Of a DNA stretch of 12,205 nt, positions 1 through 8,662 are shown one piece after another. The stretch's first letter is position 1. Every line of letters begins with the position of its first letter. Position numbers and translations under genes: made by a program. A model generated the notes under the pieces. The model was not told the DNA's origin, searched no databases, and worked only from the letters and a program-made list of their open reading frames with translations. The DNA comes from Amoeboradix gromovi X-113 (lineage: Eukaryota > Fungi > Sanchytriomycota): assembly GCA_018985225.1 (NCBI GenBank), contig JADGIF010000269.1, positions 1-12,205 on the forward strand, written 5' to 3'.

Positions 1-51
1 ATGTTCTGATATTTAACAAGCCTCTGAAATTATGTAACTCAAGTCGCTTTA

Positions 52-339
52 TTAAGGAAACGCTGCAACCGAAAGATCCAAATTTTTAAGGACTGCAACA
101 ACGTGATCACTGTCTAGGGCAAAATTACTTACCTCTTTGCTCTTGGTAACCCATTTCCCATTCTCTAAGCACACCATCAAATAAAAATTATTTTTATCTG
201 TACCACACATTATACCATTGCTGATTTTAATGTTGGACACAGGTGCATCCAGTATCTTCCAATCAGGACTATCAGCATTAAAGTTATATGTAATTTTTAT
301 TTGAAAAACCTGGAGTATGATTTGGGTAATTTGCATCAT
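52..339 (-). CDS. Small beta-rich protein resembling 1-2 tectonin-type beta-propeller blades; start uncertain (ATG at 384, 339 or 336); may be a truncated relic
   Basis: [28 protein letters not shown] and [23 protein letters not shown] follow the W-x(5-6)-hydrophobic-strand pattern of tectonin repeats, judged by eye. Stop TAA at 54-52 overlaps AATAAA. Confidence 0.4.
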   Translation of the reverse strand: MMQITQIILQVFQIKITYNFNADSPDWKILDAPVSNIKISNGIMCGTDKNNFYLMVCLENGKWVTKSKEVSNFALDSDHVVAVLKNLDLSVAAFP

Positions 340-387
340 AAATTTCACGTGTACAAAGAACCTTTTGCTACTGGGAATCGTCATTTA

Positions 388-810
388 ATGCCATCTAGAT
401 TTAAGAAGACACGAAAGCTTAGAGGTAATGTGTCTCATGGACATGGTAGAGTTGGTAAACATCGTAAGCATCCTGGAGGAAGAGGTTTAGCTGGTGGTCA
501 ACATCATCACAGAATCCACATGGATAAATATCATCCTGGTTATTTCGGTAAGGTGGGAATGAGATATTTCCATTTAAACAAGAACAAGTACTGGGAACCT
601 ACTCTTAACTTGGAGAAATTAATTGCACTTATTCCTACTGAATTGCAAAGCAAAACACCTGTTGTTGATGTTCTTAAACTAGGTTACGGCAAAGTTCTTG
701 GTAAGTGCAGAAAGGTTCCCTTTCCAATTATTATAAAGACTAGATCTATCTCTGCTGACGCTGAAAAGAAGATTAAAGAAGCTGGTGGTGCAGTCCAATT
801 AATTGAATAA
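388..810 (+). CDS. RPL28: 60S ribosomal protein uL15 (yeast L28/CYH2, mammalian L27a), 140 aa, intronless
   Basis: [42 protein letters not shown]...[14 protein letters not shown]...[10 protein letters not shown]. True ATG is at 388; the ORF-track TTG at 301 is an artefact. The cycloheximide-site Gln (GGQHHH) is retained. Confidence 0.98.
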   Translation: MPSRFKKTRKLRGNVSHGHGRVGKHRKHPGGRGLAGGQHHHRIHMDKYHPGYFGKVGMRYFHLNKNKYWEPTLNLEKLIALIPTELQSKTPVVDVLKLGYGKVLGKCRKVPFPIIIKTRSISADAEKKIKEAGGAVQLIE

Positions 811-967
811 ACAATAAATAACTTCTTTTATATGTATTGTTTAAGTAATGCATCCTTTTATATTTTAAGCTTAAGCTTCTACAACGTAACAATAAAACAA
901 GTGCCTGATGAAAGGTAGGGTTGAATGGGGAAAACAGAGGTGGAATCAATTAAAGTATTTATTTGAT

Positions 968-1723
968 TTAGATATAACCGCGTTGCTGAAATGTAGAGTA
1001 GGGACTTCCCGGTCTTGATTTTTCAGGAGACATATCAACTATGGACTCAGTGCCATTCACTAGTACATCCCTTTCTTGATAAAAGTAGTTATTCATCTGC
1101 TCCTCTATAATCTCGATAGCAGTGATCTTTGAAGCCAGTGGATAGAGTAACTTGTATTCCTCGACAGACAAGAAGTGAGACAGGTGATGTTTCTCAAGAT
1201 GGTTGTAGTAATCAAATAACCTTTTAAAAGACAAATGGCATGTATCGCAATAGAGAGGAGAAATAGGGTTGGTATTTGAACTTTTCAACATCTTTTGCTT
1301 TTTCCGAACATGAGCTTGTAGGTGGTATGAAAAGTTATTGCGATGCGAAAATGTTTTGTGGCATTCTTTGCAAATAAAATTGTAGACTTTGAGGTGAAAG
1401 CTTTTGATGTGCCTGTTCAGCGATGATTTTTGAACATATGTTTTGTCGCAATCGTCATACGGACATTCAAGCGGAACTCTAAAATGAAAGTTAATATGTA
1501 AAACTATCTCATTTGTGAGCTCGTTACAAAGCGGACATCTGCCATGGGTCTCTTCCACTTTCGCATGACGCAGTAAATGATTTTTTAAATCTTCCCCTGT
1601 GTAATCACAAATTAAACAATGAAAGTGAGAACGCTGATGTCCCACAAACTGAGGATGCGAATAACAGTTCAAACTACATGTTGCGCACTTTTTAAGAAAT
1701 CTTTCAATTTTCTTGGTTGACAT
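968..1723 (-). CDS. C2H2 zinc-finger protein, about 6 fingers (two with short C-H spacing), 251 aa
   Basis: CPYDDCDKTYVQKSSLNRHIKSFH, CKECHKTFSHRNNFSYHLQAH and CDTCHLSFKRLFDYYNHLEKH, plus three N-terminal CxxC..HxxxH units. Likely start MSTKK at 1723, because the upstream in-frame stretch is AT-rich and overlaps the neighbouring gene end. Confidence 0.88.
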   Translation of the reverse strand: MSTKKIERFLKKCATCSLNCYSHPQFVGHQRSHFHCLICDYTGEDLKNHLLRHAKVEETHGRCPLCNELTNEIVLHINFHFRVPLECPYDDCDKTYVQKSSLNRHIKSFHLKVYNFICKECHKTFSHRNNFSYHLQAHVRKKQKMLKSSNTNPISPLYCDTCHLSFKRLFDYYNHLEKHHLSHFLSVEEYKLLYPLASKITAIEIIEEQMNNYFYQERDVLVNGTESIVDMSPEKSRPGSPYSTFQQRGYI

Positions 1724-1811
1724 GATGAAACAAAAAATAATTAGATAATTTAAATTCCAAAAAACTAGTGCATTGATTTCAGCTGACATAAATTTATTCA
1801 TGTTGTACACA

Positions 1812-2000
1812 TTAAGGATGGTGTGATGCCGAATACCAACCAATTGAAGCTACTGCAGACCACATAGTGGCAATCGCTGTAGCTAGCTTCCAATTTTGAA
1901 GCGTCTCAAAATAATTGTTGTAGAATCCATAGCTGCTATAGCCGCAATTGTTGAAGCACTGAGGCAATCCGAATATTGTCAATAATGTAAGTAACTGCAT
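1812..2000 (-). CDS. Small (62 aa) putative secreted or membrane-anchored peptide
   Basis: First in-frame ATG at 2000 gives MQLLTLLTIFG-LPQCFNNCGYSSYGFYNNYFETLQNWKLATAIATMWSAVASIGWYSASHHP: hydrophobic N-terminus and a C-terminal hydrophobic helix. AATAAA lies 13 nt after the stop. Confidence 0.65.
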   Translation of the reverse strand: MQLLTLLTIFGLPQCFNNCGYSSYGFYNNYFETLQNWKLATAIATMWSAVASIGWYSASHHP

Positions 2001-2126
2001 GTATCGCCCTATCCCCTTTAGTTGCTTGCTACACAATTGTAAGACAGAATCAGAATATTCTTGCGAAGCAAGAAAAACGTTAAAAATCTGGAAGAGAAGC
2101 AATGAATAAATGTTTATTAATGCTTA

Positions 2127-2372
2127 TTATTGTTTCGCTGCTTTTCGTGCCGCTCGTGCCGCTCTACTATTTGCTGCCCATCTGAAAGCGCCATAAGCGG
2201 TCGCCAAACCTAATCCTAAGCTAGAAATCAATCCAAACATTTTCCAATTTTCTGCTCTCTGATACTCTGCAGCTGCAGCTTGCTGATTAGCGGGCGGTGC
2301 AGCTACCATCATTCCAGGACTTCCGAACTGCGGATACATTGGTATAGCTGTTACTATGTGTATGAAGTGCAT
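2127..2372 (-). CDS. Small (81 aa) putative secreted or membrane-anchored peptide with a cationic Ala/Arg tail
   Basis: MHFIHIVTA-IPMYPQFGSPG...AENWKMFGLISSLGLGLATAYGAFRWAANSRAARAARKAAKQ. GC content is higher than the flanks, and tandem TAATAA stops are followed by AATAAA (2118-2113). Confidence 0.72.
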   Translation of the reverse strand: MHFIHIVTAIPMYPQFGSPGMMVAAPPANQQAAAAEYQRAENWKMFGLISSLGLGLATAYGAFRWAANSRAARAARKAAKQ

Positions 2373-2663
2373 TCCTCAATTAGCTCTTGTATTCTTAAGT
2401 ATCTTACGTTTATTCTGGAGATAGAACTGATTGGTGTGATTAATTGTGTTTTGTTGTACAATGTTTCATATTTTGTTACAAGAATTTATTTGTATCGATT
2501 GTGATTGATTAATCATTTGCTATTTACATAAGCTCTACCTCTCCAGTAAAATCTCTTTCTAGACTCTTTTTGCTTCATATTCAATCGATAATGTTTCTTT
2601 TCTTCGATTGCAAATGTTCCAGCCCCGATCCAAAATGTATCAACTCTAAAGAATAACCAATAG

Positions 2664-3044
2664 ATACAGAAAACATGCTTCAACATGGAAAATACGATGT
2701 TTGTCTTCTTCTGTAATTTTGAGAGAAAATTTGGCGAAGAATTGTGCCACTGGAAGACTTTTAAGGAGACAATTTTGATTTATCAGCTTCTGCAAAGTGT
2801 TTTCTTACAAAATTGACAAGTAGTAGTCATAAAACATTTGCGAAACTCTAAAGAAGCCAATACAGAAACTTACACATGGGCAGACTGTGTTTTGGAAGCA
2901 GATAGGCACCATATAGTAGCAAGAACATACTTATATGAATTCTTATTGAGTCATATCTCAGTGTATCAGCGGTGTGGCTATGAGCTTTGTCACTTTCTCC
3001 TCAAATTCTTGAATTTTAGTGAGAGAAGTAATTCTAGAGATTGA
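2664..3044. pseudogene. Possible degenerate coding relic, strand unresolved
   Basis: A + frame from ATG 2685 to TGA 3044 is interrupted by one TGA (2814-2816). The antisense frame also gives protein-like pieces separated by stops. No recognisable family. Confidence 0.25.
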
Positions 3045-3052
3045 AGCATTAA

Positions 3053-4436
3053 TCATTGTTTATTCTCTTTTGCAAACTCTTCCCATGATTTCAATACCAG
3101 TTCTTTCCCCATCACTTCTTTGTATAATCGCAATACGTCTATGCACACCGTTTCAAAATGCGATGTGGCGTCAAAACTGTTGCTGATGAACAGTCCTTCA
3201 GGTTTTGCCGCACCTTTTAGATATGCTGGTTCTAACACATCATTTACAAATATAAATTTTTGGTGGATAGGTCCTAAAAGTCGCAACCCCAATTCTATTT
3301 CTTCTTCAGGTGTCTTTCCCTTGTCGTCTAAGACTGAGGAAACAATTGCTATGCTATAGCCTTCTTTAGCTACGTTGTGATTAGATCCTACCATGCATAT
3401 ATAGCTACATTATTTGAAATTACATGTCGTTCTTTCTGTTCACTTGATTTTGAGGTAAAATGATTTGGCAAGAATCACTATTTTCTGTGTCCGGAATGAC
3501 ATGGTTCAGAAAACAAATAGCTCTGACGACTTTGCCAACTGTTTGTACATGCTCTGGAAAGTATCCTGGATCACTAATTACCAAATTACACTGCACAAGT
3601 CCTTCTTTAGTCTGCACCGAAGTAACTTTGTTTTCCGTAAAATTAACACTTGTAGGAGTATCTAGCATAAACAGGCCACCATATGTTGCAGACCTACGCG
3701 CAAAAGATTGTGGTAATTCACCTAGGCCATAAAGTGGGTAAACATACGGAGATTTGCCGAACCTTAACAAGGAAGTCATATACAGCTGTATACGCTCTAT
3801 GCAGTCCCATGCAGGAAGAGTCAAATAAGATTCATCTAGGTACAGCGCCATGGCATGTCCGATAAAATCCCGGGTACCAGGTTCCAGGCCAAACTGATCA
3901 AACATAAGTTTGACATTCATTTGAAATATGTGAAGACCCTGCCACGTACCTTGTTGCTTCTCATCAACAGCTTGAACAAACTCAAAAAACTTTTTAGCTC
4001 TACGTTTTTCAAAAAACCCCATCAAATTGGAATTTAAGGCCTCCATTGCTGTAACTGGGACTTTGTTAACTTTGCCGTCTCTTAACACAAAGCTTCCAGC
4101 TATTTGTCTGAATTGCATATAGTCATTGACTTTGGTGTGCATAAGCATACGAACAAGCTTGCCATTTGCCATCATTAATTTAGGAATCAAATCTATGTTC
4201 CAGTCTCTGTCTTTGCCCAAATTTGGATCCTGAGCTACTGCAGTGTTGAAGCTATTGTTAAATTTAAGAAATTCTCCCAACGGTAAACTAGCACTGTTTC
4301 CACCATAATAGCTATTTTTATCCAAATGTAGTACTTTCTTACCTTCCACGCTTAGTAAACCACTTAATATGCAGTTTGTTAAAGAAGTTCCTAGCAAAAC
4401 TACGTCAAAGGTTTGATCTTTCAAATCTTCAGACAT
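3053..4436 (-). CDS. GDI1: Rab GDP-dissociation inhibitor, 454 aa; exons 4436-3424 and 3404-3053
   Basis: FDVVLLGTSLTNCILSGLLSVEGKKVLHLDKNSYYGG, RDWNIDLIPK, GKSPYVYPLYGLGELPQSFAR, SFDATSHFET. Removing the 19-nt intron joins the two ORF-track pieces into QVNRKND-IYICMVG, matching the conserved RKNDIYI motif. Confidence 0.97.
3405..3423 (-). other. 19-nt GT-AG spliceosomal intron in GDI1 (phase 2)
   Basis: GTAATTTCAAATAATGTAG. It contains an in-frame TAA, and excision restores both the frame and conserved residues. Confidence 0.92.
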
Positions 4437-4935
4437 ATGTGTTTCAAATGGCTTTATTGAGAAACACAAAATTTTAAGTACAAAGCCAATGGATACAAAA
4501 ACAAGATTCTAAAATTGTTTCTTCAAATGCATGTTTTTTGCAAAAATAGTTTTCTGGTGACTAGATGTAAACTATATTGTGGAAAATGTATACCAATTAA
4601 TTTATTGTTTGCTACTTGGGGAGGAATTCGATTCTGCTTTAAAGGCATATTGCAAGTGGTTGCCGTCCTCGTCCAAAATCTCACGGCAAATGTAAGCCTT
4701 TAACTAATTCAAGGCTCCATACAGAGTTAGTGCAAGCGTGGTGATAATTAACTTCCGCAGTATTCCTATTTTCAAATAAGATATTGGTACTTTGATTGGT
4801 GCTGAACTCACATGATTCACTGTTATTCCAATCAAGTGACTGTAGGAAAACGTCTATGTGACGACGTTTGTTTAGAAATTTGGCGATTTTTATTAATAAA
4901 AGTCAGAGGGGCCCAAATATGAAAAATCAGAAAAA
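4437..4935. promoter_or_regulatory. Divergent promoter region between GDI1 and the bHLH gene
   Basis: Lies between head-to-head ATGs. Contains several CCAAT/ATTGG boxes (about 4487, 4593, 4783, 4795, 4828) and a 7-bp inverted repeat AAACGTC-N8-GACGTTT (4848-4869). Confidence 0.45.
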
Positions 4936-5478
4936 ATGCACCCTCCATTACAGATTCAGATTGCACCACATTTTAACAACCAGCAGCAATCTAGTCAGTC
5001 CCTAAATTCTCTTGCAAATTCCCACAGTCAACAGCTATCACAAAGTAGTCAGCAGCAATCCCCACTTCAGCACTCTCAACAGCAACAAAAGATGTATTAT
5101 GTGGATCCATTAGATGAGCTATTTCAATATCAGCAGTCTCCATCTGTGAACAACTCTCCTTTGACTAGTCCTTGCGATGGTTATTTTCCTCCGGAATCCC
5201 CAATTTATTCACCATCATACTACCAGCTGCACCCGCCATCTATGAATCATCGAAGACATTCTTCCCATGAGCTTTTTGAGCAACAAAAGGAAACTAGGGC
5301 CGCTAGCGCTCGCAATCGTCGAAAACAGCTTAGCGATAGTTTCGAAAAATTAAGGATGGTACTGCAGCCTTTGTGCGGCCACATACAGAGCCGACAACAG
5401 CTGCTGGAATCCGCGATTCAAGTCATCGAAGAGTACCAGTCGTTGCAACAGAGCCACGTCAAACAAAATGTACAATAA
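4936..5478 (+). CDS. bHLH transcription factor with Q/S/P-rich N-terminus, 180 aa
   Basis: ARNRRKQLSDSFEKLRMVL-loop-SRQQLLESAIQVIEEYQ aligns with the bHLH pattern (Max: ERKRRDHIKDSFHSLR...SRAQILDKATEYI). Confidence 0.85.
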   Translation: MHPPLQIQIAPHFNNQQQSSQSLNSLANSHSQQLSQSSQQQSPLQHSQQQQKMYYVDPLDELFQYQQSPSVNNSPLTSPCDGYFPPESPIYSPSYYQLHPPSMNHRRHSSHELFEQQKETRAASARNRRKQLSDSFEKLRMVLQPLCGHIQSRQQLLESAIQVIEEYQSLQQSHVKQNVQ

Positions 5479-5717
5479 ATTATGTCGATTATTCTACATA
5501 GTTCTTGATTGTTTGGTTTTTGAAGTGCTCAAATCAAATAGTATGGCTAGGATCAATAAAGCTAAACAAATTTTTTGAGGTCGAAATAATGCTGTCAATG
5601 GAGCTCTAATCCGTTATTTTCATTTAGCACATTTCCATTATTTTTGTTCAGCACATTTTAAGCATGTTGTTCATAAAATTAAAAAATTTAACTTGACCTC
5701 TTCATTGAAGTGGCTTG

Positions 5718-8058
5718 ATGTCTTCTAGTCAAAGTCAGCAACCATCACTACAGACTTCCCAACAGCCTTCACAGTCCATGGATGGTCCAACGCGTCCAGA
5801 CTTGATATACTCCAGAAATGACATGAGTAGCATGTTCCAAAAAGAAGCTACAAAGTCGAAAATGAGACCCATGTCACTGACATTTTATGATAAAACATTT
5901 GAGCAGGATTATCAGCATTATTTCCTGGACAAGCATCTATGGAAATGGAGATTAAGTATGGTGTTTGTGGCTATAGTATCATGTTTTTTAGCTCTTTATA
6001 GTATGGTCAAAACACCAATGGACAGTGATCATTATATAGATAAGTATGAAAAATATCAGCCTAGTGATGAGAGCGCGCTTCGTAATTACATAAAAACCAG
6101 TTGTCCATCTGGTATGTACTGCATAGAATGTCCGTATGACTCAGGGTGTACCACATTTTATAGCTCCAGTGTTGAGTTGGTTATATTTCTTTTTGGTTGC
6201 TGGCTACCACTGGCTATAACTTTTGCTCTGAGCTATTACTTGGACAGAAAAACTTTAGCCAAATACGTACACATGATGAGCGCAATACTGATTACTAATG
6301 GTCTGGTAATAACTGTATTAGTAAGATTCTTCGTTTTAGAACCAAAAACTCCGTATTACATTATAACGCTAATATGTGCGGCTGTAGTGTTTCCTGCGCA
6401 TGTGTTTTTAAAATTAAGATTTATTTATACTTTTCAATCAATGGTTGTACTCAATACTTGCTTTATTGGGTTTGCTGTAGCTTCATTCTTACAATATCCA
6501 TTAATAACTAATGATGAGTACAGTGAACCTCAGTATGGGGCGCTTTTTATCAGCGTTTTTTCATTATTCGCAATATCCGTGGAAGTCTGTTTCAGTGCCT
6601 ACGAGAATGAATATTTTACCAGATCTCAGTTTTTTCATGCTCTTCAACTACAGAGAACTAACAAAAAGCTATATCAACAGCTAAAGAATCTTCAACGCAA
6701 ATTCGGAGATAATGCAGCTACTCTGAATACGCCGTTGGAAAAAGCATTATTAATGATGCAGAGTGTTTTGGCGGACCCAAGTCTAAGCGGGACACAAATG
6801 AATACTCTCTCCCAGGCTCTGCAGTTGTTGCAAACAAGTAACCTACTTAGCCCTGAACTAGAAACCAACAAACTAATGGACAATGAACAAGAAGCGTGGC
6901 TTTATTCTTTGATCTCCAAGAGAAAGAAAGACTCTAATGCTAGCTCTGCAATGCTACAAACAAGGCGCAAATCAGTGCCTCCAAAAAATCCTACTATAGT
7001 TGAAAATCAATTCAAAGTTGAGACTAGAGCTAATACTGGAGTGCATGTTAGTTTGAAGCTAAACAAAGAAACTCTATCTTATCAAGATATTCTATTTGAT
7101 TACAACTTCCCAATGTTCGAGTTTGCGAAAATGACAGGAGGACCACTAGCTCATGTAGTTTACTTTTTATTCACAAAATTTGATTTCTTTAGGAAACTAA
7201 ATATAAGCGAAGATAAATGTGTTAACTACTTCTCGGCGGTGGAAAATGGCTACCATAACAATCCTTATCATAGTTCGACTCATGCTGCTGATGTAGTTCA
7301 GACGCTATCATATTTCATGACACTACCTAACACAACAAAGTTTTTCAGAGACATAGATATGATGGCCTGCATCTTTGCTGCGGCAGTCCATGATTTGGAT
7401 CATCCAGGGAGAACAAACATGTTTTTGATAAATACACAAGATCAAAGAGCTCTTTTGTATAATGATAAAGCTGTACTTGAGAACCACCACGTCTCTACAG
7501 CATTTAGACTGTTAAAACAGGAAGATTCTAATTTTTTAATAAATTTTACAAAGCAGGAAATGAAGCAGTTTAGGGAGCTGGTAGTAGAAATGGTCCTTGC
7601 AACAGATATGGTACAGCATATGCAACTGCTGACTTTCTTTAAAAACAGAATAAACTCTGAAAAAGAACTAGATCCAGAGGTAAGAGAAGATGTTCTGCTG
7701 CTATCTAGGATAATGATAAAAATAGCCGATATATCTAACGCCACGAAGCAGTTCAATATATATGAAAAATGGTATAAACTGGTTTTAGAGGAATGGATGA
7801 CCCAAGGAGATGAAGAAAAAGAATTGGGTCTGGATATGTCACCATACATGGTAAAAAATACTTATATAGGATAGAGAAAAACTAAATGTTGTCGGATCTC
7901 AGCTAGGATTTATAGATTTTATAGTAAACCCATTGTTCCAGGCGTTCCACGCCTTTTGTCCAATACCTTTTGTTCTCGATCAACTAGAACAAAACCGACA
8001 ATATTGGGAGAATCGGAAAGCTCAGAACGCATTAGCCACACAAGTAATAGCAACATAA
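5718..8058 (+). CDS. Membrane-anchored (6 TM) class I 3',5'-cyclic nucleotide phosphodiesterase, 773 aa; exons 5718-7850 and 7870-8058
   Basis: NPYHSSTHAADV, HDLDHPGRTN, LENHH, LATDM, KIADISN, QGDEEKELG. After the 19-nt intron: SPYM|DREKLNVVGSQLGFIDFIVNPLF...NRQYW, which supplies the invariant Gln. Six hydrophobic segments in the N-terminal third. Confidence 0.95.
7851..7869 (+). other. 19-nt GT-AG spliceosomal intron in the PDE gene (phase 0)
   Basis: GTAAAAAATACTTATATAG. Excision restores the SPxMDR motif and the QxGFIDFIV helix; retention gives TAG at 7872-7874. Confidence 0.93.
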
Positions 8059-8662
8059 TACCATAATAAATCATTTATTTTTAACATCAGCGTCCTCATT
8101 GAAAGTCCTGGTTTAGAAGAAAGTCGGGAACAACCGCAAAGTAAATGACAAAGAAAATCACTGATTTGAATGTTTGCTCACACTTCTGCTATTCTGAGGT
8201 GGGACTAAATCAAGATGCATGTAAGCATATATTCTTTGTTGTCTTATGGCCTCTATATAGTTTCAAATAACATATTGTGCATCGCTTTGTACCCAAGCTG
8301 CTTTCTTCGAGTGTTCTAATAACAGTGAACGCTTTAGTAGTAAGTAGTTCATGGCACTCACAAATTCCTTTCTTTTTTCTTTGGATGATAATTTCATTTT
8401 TAGACAATCTCTGAATGCAAAATCATTTATTCAGTAAGGTCATCTTTTCAGAATTAAAACATTCTGGTTGCAGTGATTCGGAGACATTTGTAATAAATGA
8501 GAAGAGCTGAATATCGAGCAATTATTTAATTACAACATTATTGTAACTAGGGCTATAGGAGCAAAACAATTCCAATAATCGCGATAATGGGTTATGTTAA
8601 CATATACTAAACCAGTGTATTACATGTTTAAATAACAAACTCGTATTCAAATAAAATATTTA

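Noticed and set aside
901-945. CTGATGA...GAAA in a purine-rich tract, suggesting a hammerhead ribozyme or box C
   Set aside because: The sequence between CTGATGA and GAAA cannot form stem II, flanking stems are absent, and there is no downstream box D.
2814-2816. In-frame TGA as selenocysteine or an alternative genetic code
   Set aside because: No redox motif or SECIS nearby. GDI ends in TGA, conserved Trp residues use TGG and TAA terminates conserved genes, so the standard code holds.
3120-4037. Plus-strand ORFs 3120-3359, 3460-3732, 3465-3665, 3683-3865 and 3855-4037
   Set aside because: Antisense shadows of GDI1.
4692-4760. Intron-like strings GTAAGC...CTAAT..AAG (22 nt) and GTGATA...GCAG (20 nt) upstream of the bHLH gene
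   Set aside because: No coding constraint to validate them, and they do not match the 19-nt ATRTAG pattern.
4975-5090. CAG/CAA-rich repeats as an array or mobile element
   Set aside because: Ordinary Gln/Ser low-complexity coding sequence. No CRISPR array, transposase or terminal repeats were seen in the window.
5940-6610. Rhodopsin-PDE fusion
   Set aside because: Six TMs rather than 7-8, and no retinal-binding DxxxK motif in the last helix.
6692-7849. Minus-strand ORFs 6692-6883 and 7442-7849
   Set aside because: Antisense shadows of the PDE gene.
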